Positions 26,774 to 36,848 of a stretch of DNA of 60,741 nucleotides are shown piece after piece; position 1 is the first letter of the stretch; each line of letters starts with the position of its first letter. The position numbers and the translations under genes were made by a program. The notes below the pieces were generated by a model. That model searched no databases and was not told the DNA's origin. It saw nothing but the letters and a program-made list of their open reading frames with translations. Origin of the DNA: a virus (taxonomy: Duplodnaviria > Caudoviricetes); the IMG/VR virus record IMGVR_UViG_3300019093_001482, positions 1 through 60,741 of that record; one strand, written 5' to 3'.

Positions 26774-27163
26774 TTAGGTCGCGGTCACTGTCAAAGTCCC
26801 TGGCAACCAGGTCGGAACGTCAGTAACAGCGAACGTCTTGGGTGCGGACAATGGCGCGTAATACAGCATGTTGCCCAGTGTCGCAGCGTCCCACACTGCG
26901 AAATTCGTTGCTGTTACCGGGCTGCCAGAGACACCGTTATAAGTGACAGTGCCCGAGTTACTTGTCTGGCCTGCGGTGGACTGCGCGGCAAAAGCCGTTG
27001 CCTGGCGCGCATACCACCCTGCTGAGATTTCAGTTGCTGGCGTGGCATTGGCAGTTGGATCAGCCGTATGCAGTGATACATACACAGTGGCTGGAGCGGC
27101 AAAGCTTATGCCGCGGACGGTCCCGTCGATGACCTTACCTTTTAAATAATTTGATGCTGGCAT
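26774..27163 (-). CDS. Small tail protein
   Basis: SNYL…YVSLHTADP…YARQ…WDAATLGNMLY; start MPASNYL preferred. Confidence 0.65.
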   Translation of the reverse strand: MPASNYLKGKVIDGTVRGISFAAPATVYVSLHTADPTANATPATEISAGWYARQATAFAAQSTAGQTSNSGTVTYNGVSGSPVTATNFAVWDAATLGNMLYYAPLSAPKTFAVTDVPTWLPGTLTVTAT

Positions 27164-27176
27164 TGTGCCCCCGTTG

Positions 27177-27803
27177 TTAAAAGTAGCGGCCACGCTGACG
27201 CGGCCTATGTGAAGAAAATCCCCGTGCGTTCTGTATCGATATCGCCGCCATCTTTCCGTTGAACTCGCTTTCGAGACGCAATCCTTCGCTTGGGTTTGAA
27301 AACGGCATGCCCGGCTGAAGCATCAGCATCGATTTGGCACCTGTCGCTATCGCCAGCGCGTATTGGTCATAGAACCGGTTTTCAATACCCACTGCGTTGT
27401 TGCTTGGTTTGAGACAAGCCTGAATTTGCAGCAACAAACCGTCACCTGGCGGTGGCAGCAAGACGACCGTTTTGCGATCAGTTGTATGAATGCTCTGGCA
27501 AACACCCGCCTGGTTAGGGTACTCACGCCAGTTGTCAGGTAATTGGCCTTCAGCTTGAATGGTTAAACGTTGTGCGTTCAACGTTGCACGCTCAATCCGC
27601 ACCAGCTCAGACTTCGATTCAAGATTCAAGTCATATTCCATAAGGCCGGCAGACGTGTTGATTTCATCGAGCCACAGTGTCCACACACGAGTACGGCTGA
27701 AAAAATGCTGTGCAGCTCGTAAAAGTGCATGATCCAGCTCCAGTTCAGAGCAGCCTGATACGTAGGGTGAAACGTCGCGGTAAAGGCTTTCCCATGTCTG
27801 CAT
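27177..27803 (-). CDS. Head-tail adaptor/closure protein
   Basis: FFSRTRVW…LKPS…IATGA…LMLQPG.PFSNP pattern. Confidence 0.65.
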   Translation of the reverse strand: MQTWESLYRDVSPYVSGCSELELDHALLRAAQHFFSRTRVWTLWLDEINTSAGLMEYDLNLESKSELVRIERATLNAQRLTIQAEGQLPDNWREYPNQAGVCQSIHTTDRKTVVLLPPPGDGLLLQIQACLKPSNNAVGIENRFYDQYALAIATGAKSMLMLQPGMPFSNPSEGLRLESEFNGKMAAISIQNARGFSSHRPRQRGRYF

Positions 27804-27805
27804 GG

Positions 27806-28456
27806 CTATCTCACCCCTGGCTTGATCAAGGCTGGCTGCGACTTCGTGGCATCAAATGCCAGATCAGTTTGCGTCTTGGCACCCAGCGCTGTCAGGAAAC
27901 TGTTTTGATAAAAGCTGCGCTTCTCAGCCACGTCTGCAAATTCGTCGTCCTTGGAATAGGCACGGAACAACATCCAGTCCAGGATCTGATTTGTTACGAT
28001 GTCTGCAAATATCGGTGAATTTTCTGTATCGCACCTGGTCGGCATGACAGAAAATAGGCATTCAACACTGGCTTTGCTGCTTGCCGGCGGGTAGACGCTG
28101 AATCGGGTCGGGTCGCGCTGGTCAACCATGTAATGCTTGATGACATCTGCTTGTTTCTCTACGCGCCACGCGGGAGCGAATGCATTGAGTTTTTCTGTAC
28201 TGATCAATTTGATCGCTCTGCCTGATGTATTAGCCTCGACTGCGAGTAATCTCAGGCCATCCGCAGGTATTGCCTGCTTCCAGCCAGGTGTTAGAGCCAC
28301 ACTTCTATTTGCCACACTCATGTCTGGCCGTAGCTGAACAATCTGAATTTGTGCATCATTCAGATAGTCCAACCACTCAGCAGTGGTCCAGCGGTATGTA
28401 GACAGATCCTGAGCGATACCCTGGGCCTGTCGAATGAGTGCGGATGCCAATATCAT
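27806..28456 (-). CDS. Head-tail adaptor (DUF6682-like)
   Basis: RWTTAEWLDYLNDAQ…RPD, DPTRFSVYPP, DWMLFRAYSKD. Confidence 0.7.
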   Translation of the reverse strand: MILASALIRQAQGIAQDLSTYRWTTAEWLDYLNDAQIQIVQLRPDMSVANRSVALTPGWKQAIPADGLRLLAVEANTSGRAIKLISTEKLNAFAPAWRVEKQADVIKHYMVDQRDPTRFSVYPPASSKASVECLFSVMPTRCDTENSPIFADIVTNQILDWMLFRAYSKDDEFADVAEKRSFYQNSFLTALGAKTQTDLAFDATKSQPALIKPGVR

Positions 28457-28827
28457 TCGTCTTCCATTGACGTGAAAATGCGTGCTTTACAGTTCTGCCG
28501 CAATCTGTCTTCGGTCAGGCCATCAATATCACGCTGTTGGATGCCAATTTCAGCGGCATATTCCTTAAGCTGCACATGGCTCATGGCATCAACAGACCTC
28601 GGGCGCGGCACTACCGGGCTTTCTTCTATTTCAGTAGTTGCTTGTGCTTCAGTGGTCGCTTTTGCTTCGGCAATGGCTTTCAGGGCTTGCACAACATTGG
28701 TCAAACCTGCCTGTTCAGCAATAGATTTCAGTGCATTAGTGCCTGGGGCTTTTGAATCCACTGTTTTTTCTGCAGTGAGAGTTAAGGCCCCAGGCAGAAC
28801 ACTCTTGCGTTCGCTTTTCCTACCCAT
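28453..28827 (-). CDS. Hypothetical virion-module protein with HeH/LEM-like C-terminus
   Basis: VDAMSHVQLKEYAAEIGI; coupled to its neighbours. Confidence 0.55.
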   Translation of the reverse strand: MGRKSERKSVLPGALTLTAEKTVDSKAPGTNALKSIAEQAGLTNVVQALKAIAEAKATTEAQATTEIEESPVVPRPRSVDAMSHVQLKEYAAEIGIQQRDIDGLTEDRLRQNCKARIFTSMEDE

Positions 28828-28829
28828 GG

Positions 28830-29297
28830 TTATGCACCGTGCAATGCAGGACGTGCGAAGACCGTCAGACGGATTTTCGCGCCGACCACCAGGCCAGCAG
28901 CAGCAACACCTATTTTCAGACCTAAGCTTTGCTCAACAGCACTTGGCGCGGCATTCAGGAGCGAAACTTTGTTTTCCGCCTGTATGCCACCGGTCTGGCC
29001 GATGGTACTGGCAGCAAATGCTTCATTGCCGCATGTGCGCGCATTGTCGACCAGGCCGGCTTTACCACTTACCAGACCGCAGTCCAATGTGATGGCAGCG
29101 CCAGTGTCGAGGTCGTCGCAAGTGAGTTTCAGGCCAGTTACCACGTATCCGCATGGCAAAATCGTCATTTCGATAACGTCATTGGCAGCCAGACCGGCAA
29201 CGGTGATGTAGTCCCCAAAGATAACGATGGGTTCATAACCACTGGCGTTAATCGCCGGATAATTGTTCGCGATTTGAATGGATTGTTTCAGAGACAT
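28830..29297 (-). CDS. Capsid decoration/cement protein
   Basis: Follows the capsid gene; LAANDVIEM..LP…DDLD…ITLD.G; GAGG SD before ATG 29297. Confidence 0.65.
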   Translation of the reverse strand: MSLKQSIQIANNYPAINASGYEPIVIFGDYITVAGLAANDVIEMTILPCGYVVTGLKLTCDDLDTGAAITLDCGLVSGKAGLVDNARTCGNEAFAASTIGQTGGIQAENKVSLLNAAPSAVEQSLGLKIGVAAAGLVVGAKIRLTVFARPALHGA

Positions 29298-29369
29298 GAT
29301 TTTCCTCAGAACGTGAGTTTCCAAACCTGTTCGGGATTGAGTACCCGAACGAGGTGCAGATAAATGTGA

Positions 29370-30500
29370 TTAGTCGATGGTTGTGTAAGCGGTGTCGATG
29401 GACTGCACACCGAAATCCATGTTGTTGTAGCGGGTCTTGTCAAAGCCAGCGATCATGCGAACAACGATCACGCTTTCTTCGCCATGATCCACAGATGATT
29501 CAGACAGCTCATAGCGAACATTACCTTTTTGCCCCTTCATGCCATGTGCAACGGCCACTGCATGGGCACCCAGGAACAAATTTCGAACGGCGTTGACATT
29601 GCCACCGGCACCGTAATCGTTGAATTTCACGCAGGTTTCATGCTTCGTCACCAATGCGCCGTTATAGTAGGCATCACCACCCTGGAAGATGGGGGACTTC
29701 GCACCAACTGCAGCCGCCTTTGCTTTTTCCAGCGTCAACCAGCCTGCGTCACCAACTTCACGACGCAAGTCATACATTGATTCTGGAGAGGTCAAGAGCA
29801 CAAAGCACTTATCGGAACCGCTGTTTGGCGTTTCCACGCTGACCGGCTCCATGCGAGCGCCTTTCTTGCCTTCGAGGGAAAACATTTTCGAGGCACGAAC
29901 AAGGGCACGGTCAATCACCGCTGTGCTCATTTTGGAAGTTGCGCCACCATCTACCAAAGTGGCTTTTGTCAGACCATCACCGACTTGCAGATGGGCTGCA
30001 TCTGGCACTGTCAAAGGATTGGGGAAACCTGTCCAGTTATTTGGATAATGCTGAATTTCGTCACCCACGCCGCGCGCACCGCAGGCATACATATGAATCA
30101 GTTCATCTTGAACTTCAGCCATGTAGTCCGACAGACGGGCACGCGCTTGCTTGGCGATATCCTGGCGAACACGTTTTTGTGACATAACATCGCCGACGTT
30201 GACCAACTGCCGGCTCTTATCGATACGCATTTTATGCGTATAGTGAGACAGTCTTTGCTCACGACCTTCGCCTTTTTCGTCGCCCTCGATAGGCTTGCCG
30301 CGCAACTTGGCGATCAGAGTGGTAGTGACTTCATCACCAGGACCAGATTCGAGGTCTGACTTGATGACAACAGGCATGGCAGCATCTTCGCCACCTGTCA
30401 TTTTTGTCCAGAAGGATTTCTTCTGAGCTTCAACTGCGATCTTTGCAGACCATACTTTCACTGCCGCCGGATCGGAAGGCAGAATAGAAGTGCGTGACAT
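29370..30500 (-). CDS. Major capsid protein (N4-gp56/DUF4043 family)
   Basis: AVKVWS, DLESGPGDEV…LRGKPIEGD, NLFLGAHA, FDKTRYN..DFGVQSIDTA. Confidence 0.9.
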   Translation of the reverse strand: MSRTSILPSDPAAVKVWSAKIAVEAQKKSFWTKMTGGEDAAMPVVIKSDLESGPGDEVTTTLIAKLRGKPIEGDEKGEGREQRLSHYTHKMRIDKSRQLVNVGDVMSQKRVRQDIAKQARARLSDYMAEVQDELIHMYACGARGVGDEIQHYPNNWTGFPNPLTVPDAAHLQVGDGLTKATLVDGGATSKMSTAVIDRALVRASKMFSLEGKKGARMEPVSVETPNSGSDKCFVLLTSPESMYDLRREVGDAGWLTLEKAKAAAVGAKSPIFQGGDAYYNGALVTKHETCVKFNDYGAGGNVNAVRNLFLGAHAVAVAHGMKGQKGNVRYELSESSVDHGEESVIVVRMIAGFDKTRYNNMDFGVQSIDTAYTTID

Positions 30501-30524
30501 AGTTTTCCTTTCATGGAAAATTAC

Positions 30525-30542
30525 GACACACTCCTGCGTGTC
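30525..30542 (-). promoter_or_regulatory. AGGA-loop hairpin in the capsid leader (candidate Csr/Rsm site)
   Basis: GACACGC-AGGA-GTGTGTC, about 25 nt upstream of the ATG and separate from the SD. Confidence 0.5.
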
Positions 30543-30572
30543 AATCATTTAACCCAGGCTACCCCTGGTTAC

Positions 30573-30755
30573 TTATGCGATTTTGTTAGTCGCAATCTCT
30601 TGCGGCCTAGTCACGATTATGCTCTTGTCAGCAACAATACGTAACCGGGCTCGCTTTCCTTCTTTATGCTCGACAACGATGCGTATTCTGCCGTTGTCGA
30701 TATCAATGGCTTGGCCGACTTTAACGTCCACGGACATGCCGTGCTGCTGGGTCAT
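30573..30755 (-). CDS. CsrA/RsmA-like small protein
   Basis: 60 aa; KVGQAIDI…IRIVV…GKRARLRIVADKSIIVTR follows the CsrA strand pattern (RxGExIxI…VRLGIxAPxxVxVxR). Confidence 0.6.
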   Translation of the reverse strand: MTQQHGMSVDVKVGQAIDIDNGRIRIVVEHKEGKRARLRIVADKSIIVTRPQEIATNKIA

Positions 30756-30757
30756 AC

Positions 30758-31693
30758 TTATGTTCCTGCCAGCATGCGTTCGATTTCGTCAGGCGACATC
30801 TTGGCGATTGCGCGTTCCAGGTCTTCGCCTTCCAGCGTGGCAAAACGTGCGATCGGATCGTTATCGACCTTCTGCGAGTCAGCCACTGGCAGCGCGCCCA
30901 GTGTTTTGACGTTGTGACGTGGCTCGTTCTTGCTTTGCGGCTCTGCCGGCGCTGCTGCAGGCTGTGCCTGAGCGGCAATACCATGACGCATTTTCATGGT
31001 GCTATGCGCTTGAGCCAAAGCCCACTTGGACGCGACCAGGTTATCGTCCGGCATGCCATTGGCTATCGCCTCCTGCCCAAAAACTCGCACCAAGGTGTCA
31101 AATTCCTTACCAAGTTTCTCGTCAGAATAGTCAATACCTTCCACTTTCGCTTGTTTGGTCAAGGCAATGACTTCACGATCCCACTCACGGTGCAACTGCT
31201 GTTGCGTCATTTCGGCAGCGACTTCAGCTTTTGTTTCCGCCTTCGTTTCAGCGCGATCCAGCTTGCTAATTTCGCCTTGTACCCTGGTATCAATGGCCGA
31301 ATATTCAGCGGCAGTGATTTCACCTTCAATCAATTTTGCCAGGGCGGTGGCTTTTTCGCCTGTGAGTTCTTCGCGCTTGGCTTTTGAATCTGCTATTTCA
31401 GCATCAGACTTGTAGAGCGGCTTTGTGCGGTCAGCAGGAATTGACTCTTGCTTGTCATCAGCTTCAGGCTTTGCGGTATCTTCTACCTTGGCATCTGGCT
31501 TGGGTTCATCTTCAGGCTTCTTTTCAGCCGTGGCTGCGCCCTTGTCTGCATCATCATTGGTGTCGTTTTTGTCGTCATCACCATCAGCATTGCCTTTGGC
31601 GACATCAACGTCATCGCCAGCGTCGTCGTCGAGTGCAGCAATTTCCTCTGCTGTGAGGAATTTCAATTCGTCTTCTGTATATCCGTGCGACAT
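30758..31693 (-). CDS. Capsid scaffolding protein
   Basis: Acidic N-terminus, helical body, located between portal and capsid. Confidence 0.75.
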   Translation of the reverse strand: MSHGYTEDELKFLTAEEIAALDDDAGDDVDVAKGNADGDDDKNDTNDDADKGAATAEKKPEDEPKPDAKVEDTAKPEADDKQESIPADRTKPLYKSDAEIADSKAKREELTGEKATALAKLIEGEITAAEYSAIDTRVQGEISKLDRAETKAETKAEVAAEMTQQQLHREWDREVIALTKQAKVEGIDYSDEKLGKEFDTLVRVFGQEAIANGMPDDNLVASKWALAQAHSTMKMRHGIAAQAQPAAAPAEPQSKNEPRHNVKTLGALPVADSQKVDNDPIARFATLEGEDLERAIAKMSPDEIERMLAGT

Positions 31694-31717
31694 AGTAATT
31701 TCGCTCCTGCGAGTTGT

Positions 31718-31987
31718 TTAGTTGGTTTGGTTGATTTCCTGCTTGCACAGCTCGCCATCAGCGACGCAAACGCGCATAGTCCGGCCATCGGCATCCTTGA
31801 AGTACTCGATACCACCCAGCATTTGCGCTGTCACGGCATCAGCAGGTGCTTCTTTCAGAGCTCGGACGCGGTCCAGACGATCAATAGGCTCAAACTCCGC
31901 CTGGCTTTTCACTTCTTCCGTGGTTTCATCTGCTGGCTCGACTGGAATTGTTTTTGGAAGAATCGCGCTTGTTTTCTTTACCATCAT
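31718..31987 (-). CDS. Hypothetical phage protein
   Basis: ATGA-coupled to the portal gene, with SD. Confidence 0.6.
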   Translation of the reverse strand: MMVKKTSAILPKTIPVEPADETTEEVKSQAEFEPIDRLDRVRALKEAPADAVTAQMLGGIEYFKDADGRTMRVCVADGELCKQEINQTN

Positions 31988-34146
31988 CCTGCTCCTTGAA
32001 TATTGTCTGTCGGGGTCATCGTTTCAATTCCAGTGGCAGCACCATCAGCTTGCAAGGGTGCTGGCGGCATTGCTTGAGGCGGTTGATCAACTGGTACAGG
32101 TACCATTTCAGGCGCTTGCGGCATGCCTGGGTTTTGATCCCTAAATCCTACAGACTTCAATAGCTCGTCCGCAACCGGGGTCACTCCTGGCACTTGCGCA
32201 ATGGTTTGACTGGCTTGCATCGCCACATACACTGCCTCGATTGTCTTCTTCAGGCGATCAGCATCTATCTGTTCACCCTGGGCATTTGCCTTGACGATAT
32301 CGGCCTTGGCCTGCGCCATTTGCGCTTCGATTTGAGCCTGCTGCAGAGCCTGTTGCTGTTGCTGCGCCTGCTGTTGCTCAGGTGTAGGTGGCTCGTCTGG
32401 GTCTGTCATGCCAGTGATTTGGCGTATGCGCTGGATGACCAGTTTCTTGTTGGGCAGGTCAGCGAGTTCAAAGACAGTATCCAGCAAGGCTGTCACGACT
32501 TGCGGGGCAGTAGGCGCCAACTGTGTCAGCAATTGCATCAATGACTCAAAAGCTGCCTGCTGCAGCGTCTGCTTCCAGGCATTCTCGCCTATGACGAACA
32601 TCGCCTTGCGTGCCGTCATGTCATTCAGCAATTGTCCTGTTACCGGGTCTTTCTGATTGATGCGGACATATTCCCGTTTCTTGCGCTCACCGGTAATGCT
32701 GAATGTCTTGGCTTCGTTGTAATACTGTTCAATCAGGCTGAGCTTGATTTCACCTTCCATCTGGCGCGAGAACAGCATGTTGTCAAAAATCTCGGCAGTT
32801 TGTTGACTGCCCTGCTCTGACTTGCGTTGGATGGCAATGCCAGATGTCGCATTGGTGTCACGGCCAAGGTTCTCGCTGGTCACTCCAGAAGCATTGCGGA
32901 TAATCTCGCGGTCGGCTTGCGCCAACTGCAAATTGCCTTGCGCCACATCGTTCTCACGGTGCGTTTTCAGCTTCTCCAATCCGCCTTTTGCCAGCAAAAC
33001 AAACGCATCAGGAGCCAGCAATTCATCCCGCGCTTCTTCTGCAGTCATCACGTTGTCATCGAAGGCATCCGCCTCAGCGATCACCTGGTTGGTGGAAATG
33101 ACGTGTATTGCCTTGGACATACGCTTATTCAGGGCATCTTGTGGGCTGCGCACAGGTCTGATGACTGAATAAGGCGCATTGTCCTTCTTCCGGCGATAGC
33201 ACCAATACGGCACGAACGGAAAGCGATTGTGCTTATACGGGCTTGGGCTATCGTGAATAATGTACTTCGCCGTCATGACCGTGCACTGCATCAGCATGCG
33301 CGTGCGGTCAATGGCTGAAGCTCCCTTGCCTGTCGTTTCTTTGGTTGGCTCTTTGTACCAGGCTTCAATCAGCGTGACGCGCTCACGGTCGTTATGTTCC
33401 CATGCGGCATAGTCGTACATGTTGTACTTGTCCGTGGTGCCCTCATAGTCGTTCGTGTCATCAAGCCGCTTGCCATTGAAGTATTCAAGAAACTGCTCCC
33501 GGTCTTGGTGCACGGCAGAGGCGCGTAACTCCCGCTCTTTGTCGGGGAAGTAGGCAATCGCGACATCAAGATCAATGGTCCTGAACCTGAACAGATAGCG
33601 ACTATCCTCCAGATCACGACGAGAACCCAGGCTGTCATACAGAATATTGCGCCACGATTCATAGCGCGAGTATATGGGCTCATCCTCTGGATCAGGGGAA
33701 ATGCCGATTTCGAGCCAGCCCAAACCGGCTTTAAAGCAATCGTCAGCAGCCGCGCTGCGCTCGAATTCAACCCGATTGACATCAGCGATGTACTTCAGCA
33801 GCTTGGTTTTGCACTTGGCATCCTCGTCTGCGCCTTCGTCATCATCACGCGCCATGACCTCAAAATCTACCCTGGTGCGTCGCTCAACGCCTATCAGCCA
33901 GTCTACTGTGGGCTTGATTTCATTGTAGACAGTCGGCTGCTGGCCACGGCCCTTGAGTTCGGCAATTTCATCCGGACGCCACTGCATCGAGTCGTAGTAG
34001 TCTTCATCAAGCGCTATCTGGAAACGGTTAGCCTGCTGCCTTCGCATTTCGGTCTCAAACCAGTTAAACAGACGGCCATGCTTGATACGCGCCTTCTCTT
34101 CCTTGGACGCATTTATACCTGGCTTTTCTTCGGTTACAACACTCAC
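31984..34146 (-). CDS. Portal protein (P22/Bcep22-like)
   Basis: DEDYYDSMQW, YNEIKPTVDW, GLGWLE, RFPFVPYW, PQDALNKRMSK, SGIAIQR; Gln-rich C-terminal coil. Confidence 0.9.
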   Translation of the reverse strand: MSVVTEEKPGINASKEEKARIKHGRLFNWFETEMRRQQANRFQIALDEDYYDSMQWRPDEIAELKGRGQQPTVYNEIKPTVDWLIGVERRTRVDFEVMARDDDEGADEDAKCKTKLLKYIADVNRVEFERSAAADDCFKAGLGWLEIGISPDPEDEPIYSRYESWRNILYDSLGSRRDLEDSRYLFRFRTIDLDVAIAYFPDKERELRASAVHQDREQFLEYFNGKRLDDTNDYEGTTDKYNMYDYAAWEHNDRERVTLIEAWYKEPTKETTGKGASAIDRTRMLMQCTVMTAKYIIHDSPSPYKHNRFPFVPYWCYRRKKDNAPYSVIRPVRSPQDALNKRMSKAIHVISTNQVIAEADAFDDNVMTAEEARDELLAPDAFVLLAKGGLEKLKTHRENDVAQGNLQLAQADREIIRNASGVTSENLGRDTNATSGIAIQRKSEQGSQQTAEIFDNMLFSRQMEGEIKLSLIEQYYNEAKTFSITGERKKREYVRINQKDPVTGQLLNDMTARKAMFVIGENAWKQTLQQAAFESLMQLLTQLAPTAPQVVTALLDTVFELADLPNKKLVIQRIRQITGMTDPDEPPTPEQQQAQQQQQALQQAQIEAQMAQAKADIVKANAQGEQIDADRLKKTIEAVYVAMQASQTIAQVPGVTPVADELLKSVGFRDQNPGMPQAPEMVPVPVDQPPQAMPPAPLQADGAATGIETMTPTDNIQGAG

Positions 34147-34607
34147 AGTAGGCTCTCGCTTATCACTTTACCGTTCACATCGGTCTGGGTTACCTCCAGA
34201 ATCCCCTTGCCTTTTGCCTCTAATCTTGAGGCGCGGGACGCTGGTGGCATGGTTAGCAAGTCTGGGAGAAACTGGATAATCACGTCAACCAGGGTCGAAA
34301 CTTCGAGACGGATCAACGCACGGCCAAGCGTGGGCAGTGCTGCAGCAGCTTCCATGAAGCATTCTTCTGTTGGGCGTCCATCAGGATTGGCGTACTTGCC
34401 AGCGCTTGATAGACAAATCCCGAACACGCCAGCACCCAACCCGCCAAGAGGCGACCAGATAAGCATCACTGGCTCGCCGTCTGCCATATCCCATTCAAGC
34501 GATACGCAGTAGCCTTTGAATTCGGCTGTCTTGTGAGTCTTGGGCCCGCCGATGCCAAACATGGCCTGGCCAGTGGCGGACACGATCATTGATTTATTAA
34601 GGTTCAA
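34143..34607 (-). CDS. Hypothetical phage protein between terminase and portal
   Basis: 4-nt overlaps at both ends. Confidence 0.7.
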   Translation of the reverse strand: MNLNKSMIVSATGQAMFGIGGPKTHKTAEFKGYCVSLEWDMADGEPVMLIWSPLGGLGAGVFGICLSSAGKYANPDGRPTEECFMEAAAALPTLGRALIRLEVSTLVDVIIQFLPDLLTMPPASRASRLEAKGKGILEVTQTDVNGKVISESLL

Positions 34608-36166
34608 GCTGTTCTCCAGTTACGGTTTCGTTTTGGTAATTTTGCGCGGGTGACATTGAGGATTCCAAATGCCTGGGCGAATTGACGATAAGAGTCCGCA
34701 CCTTCGGAATGAATGTTGTGCTCAGGTATCGCATTCCAGCGGCCTTGTCGCGTGTTCCAGGTCTTTCTATAGCCAGCCAAGTGCTCAATACCCTCTTTGC
34801 AGGCGGTTTCGTCAAACCAGCATTGGCTGAATGCAGCACGCGTGACGTTAATACCGTGCTGAATATCAGAAACGCGGGGCACGATCTCCCATTTGCCACC
34901 GATGGGGCTCTTTTCCAGAACGTCGATTGGTGCCTCAACAGTCTCGCCTTGCTGCCTCTTATGGTCTGCATCGTGAGGCAAGAAATGCGTCCCCCAGACA
35001 TAACCAAGCTCTTGAAGCTGCTTGATGTAGTAGGAATAACCTTCGCCCCAGCCTTCTATGAAGCCAATGAAGCGATGTTGTAGCCCAACCTTTTGATGCA
35101 GCCAGATCGCGGTACCATCCGTATTGCCGATATCCCAGAATGTGTTGACGGGCACACCTTCAACGAACGGGACATGCCCGATGCGCCCTGACTTTCTTGC
35201 GGCTGCCAGTTGGACAGCGTAATATGTACCTTCTGTACTAACCTTGAATGCTTCCTGTGGCGTGCTGGGATACTCTTGCCACATCTTCTCAGGATCGCCA
35301 GAAAAGTCAGCCTCCCTGGTAGCGACATACCAATTGCGCTGCGCGGCATCCAGCGTGCACTTCATCAGCCCTTCTATCTCTGCGAAGTACTCTTTGTCCT
35401 TGTCAGTGATGATGACTGACGCCGTTGGCATCCTGTACGCTGATTCTTGCCACCATGGATAGAAGTGAAACCGGAAGTCCCGGGCATTCAGATCACTACC
35501 CTGCTCATGCTTGGCCATGGACTTCTGCGTTTTATCAAAGAAGTCGCCTTCTTGGCCCTCGGCGGTGGATTCGATGATCGTGATGCCGTCCAGCGGTACC
35601 GCAGGCAGCGAGCCCGTCATGATCTCTTTGGCTTTGTCCTTAAATTTGGCGCAGATCTTCCCGTATTCAGAGACATGCAGGCGATGAATCGTGCCCGAGC
35701 GCATGGACGTGGCCACACGGATGGAGCTGTTATTGTGTGCAAACAGCAATTCACTGGCGCTATCCCTGGCAAGCGGCATGGCCTCTTTGAGAGCATCCGG
35801 CAAGCGCTCATAAGCCAGCTTTACCTTGTCCCTGAAGATGACTTCAGCAGCTTCTCTGTCCTGTGCAATGATGCCGCAACGCTGATCAGGATTGAATAAG
35901 GCGTGGTCAAGCCAACGAATTGCCACCAGCGTCGTAAAACCCAACTGCCTGGCCTTCAGGATAATGTTGCGGTACCAGAGACTGCCTATAAACCGGCGCT
36001 GTGACCGGTTCGGCTTGAACGGCACGACCGAACCGTCGCCGTCGTCGCTCTTGACCATGATCTTGTACAGATAGCCGCTGCAAACGCGCCACATCGGATC
36101 AGCCAGGCACTTTGCCAGCTCTTCCTCTGTCTCTGGCTCAAAATCAAGCGGGACAGCTTCACTCAT
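34604..36166 (-). CDS. terL: Terminase large subunit
   Basis: ILKARQLGFTT Walker A, LHVSE Walker B, IESTAEG, WDIG nuclease motif, SEGADSYR. Confidence 0.95.
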   Translation of the reverse strand: MSEAVPLDFEPETEEELAKCLADPMWRVCSGYLYKIMVKSDDGDGSVVPFKPNRSQRRFIGSLWYRNIILKARQLGFTTLVAIRWLDHALFNPDQRCGIIAQDREAAEVIFRDKVKLAYERLPDALKEAMPLARDSASELLFAHNNSSIRVATSMRSGTIHRLHVSEYGKICAKFKDKAKEIMTGSLPAVPLDGITIIESTAEGQEGDFFDKTQKSMAKHEQGSDLNARDFRFHFYPWWQESAYRMPTASVIITDKDKEYFAEIEGLMKCTLDAAQRNWYVATREADFSGDPEKMWQEYPSTPQEAFKVSTEGTYYAVQLAAARKSGRIGHVPFVEGVPVNTFWDIGNTDGTAIWLHQKVGLQHRFIGFIEGWGEGYSYYIKQLQELGYVWGTHFLPHDADHKRQQGETVEAPIDVLEKSPIGGKWEIVPRVSDIQHGINVTRAAFSQCWFDETACKEGIEHLAGYRKTWNTRQGRWNAIPEHNIHSEGADSYRQFAQAFGILNVTRAKLPKRNRNWRTA

Positions 36167-36821
36167 CAGCGAGGTCCACTTTCTTGACGACCTTCAAGCC
36201 ACTGCCGCGCATGGATTGAAGCAAACCAGCCAGGGTGCCAGCAGCAGCTTTGCCTTGCTGGCCATTGTCTTCACCATAGCCGCCCAGATGCTTCATGAGC
36301 ATATCCAGGGCAGCTTTCTTATCGGCCAGCTTGTACTTCTTGGTGTAGCCGACAAAGGTGCGGTCCTTGCCAGTGCCGGCAAACTCCTCCGTCACGTCCA
36401 GGCCGGCAACTGCGGCAGCCGTGTCGTCACTAAGTTCCTGTATGGATAATGGATTGCCATCAGCAGCAAACAACTGGCGCGGATCGAAGAAGGCCAGCCT
36501 GGCTATTTCGCGCAAGGTGCGCTCCAGGGTAATGCCTGTCTCATGCTTAACAGCTTCCAGCACTTCCTGTTGAGCTTGTTGAATTGCCTGTTGAATTCTT
36601 TCATTTTTCAACAGCCGCGAGCCTTGCGAACCAGCAGTGTCGGCAGAATAACCAGCGCGAATGGCTGCTTTTGTTGCGTTCCCGTCCTTCAGATACTCGG
36701 TAAGGAAGAGACGCTGGGTATCCGTTAAACCATCGGCTCCCTTCTTGTTGCCAGACGGTTTAACAGCTAGTTGTGCGGTTTCTGTTGAATCCTGTTGAGA
36801 AATTGACTGATCTTTGTTCAT
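36159..36821 (-). CDS. terS: Terminase small subunit
   Basis: LTDTQRLFLTEYLKDGNATKAAIRAGYS…GSRLL; DKKAALDMLMKHLG. Confidence 0.92.
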   Translation of the reverse strand: MNKDQSISQQDSTETAQLAVKPSGNKKGADGLTDTQRLFLTEYLKDGNATKAAIRAGYSADTAGSQGSRLLKNERIQQAIQQAQQEVLEAVKHETGITLERTLREIARLAFFDPRQLFAADGNPLSIQELSDDTAAAVAGLDVTEEFAGTGKDRTFVGYTKKYKLADKKAALDMLMKHLGGYGEDNGQQGKAAAGTLAGLLQSMRGSGLKVVKKVDLADE

Positions 36822-36848
36822 GCCTGTATTTAAACAAGCATGTATTTC

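Noticed and set aside
28349-29092. 247-aa plus-strand ORF, and similar long antisense ORFs (4166..4756, 52186..52869, 56957..57911)
   Set aside because: They lie opposite well-supported genes and have no motifs or SD, so they are shadow ORFs.
29324-29356. Hairpin between capsid and decoration genes as a terminator
   Set aside because: The stem is real (GTTCGGG/CCCGAAC) but lacks a convincing U-tract; it may be an mRNA stabiliser, so it was not called.
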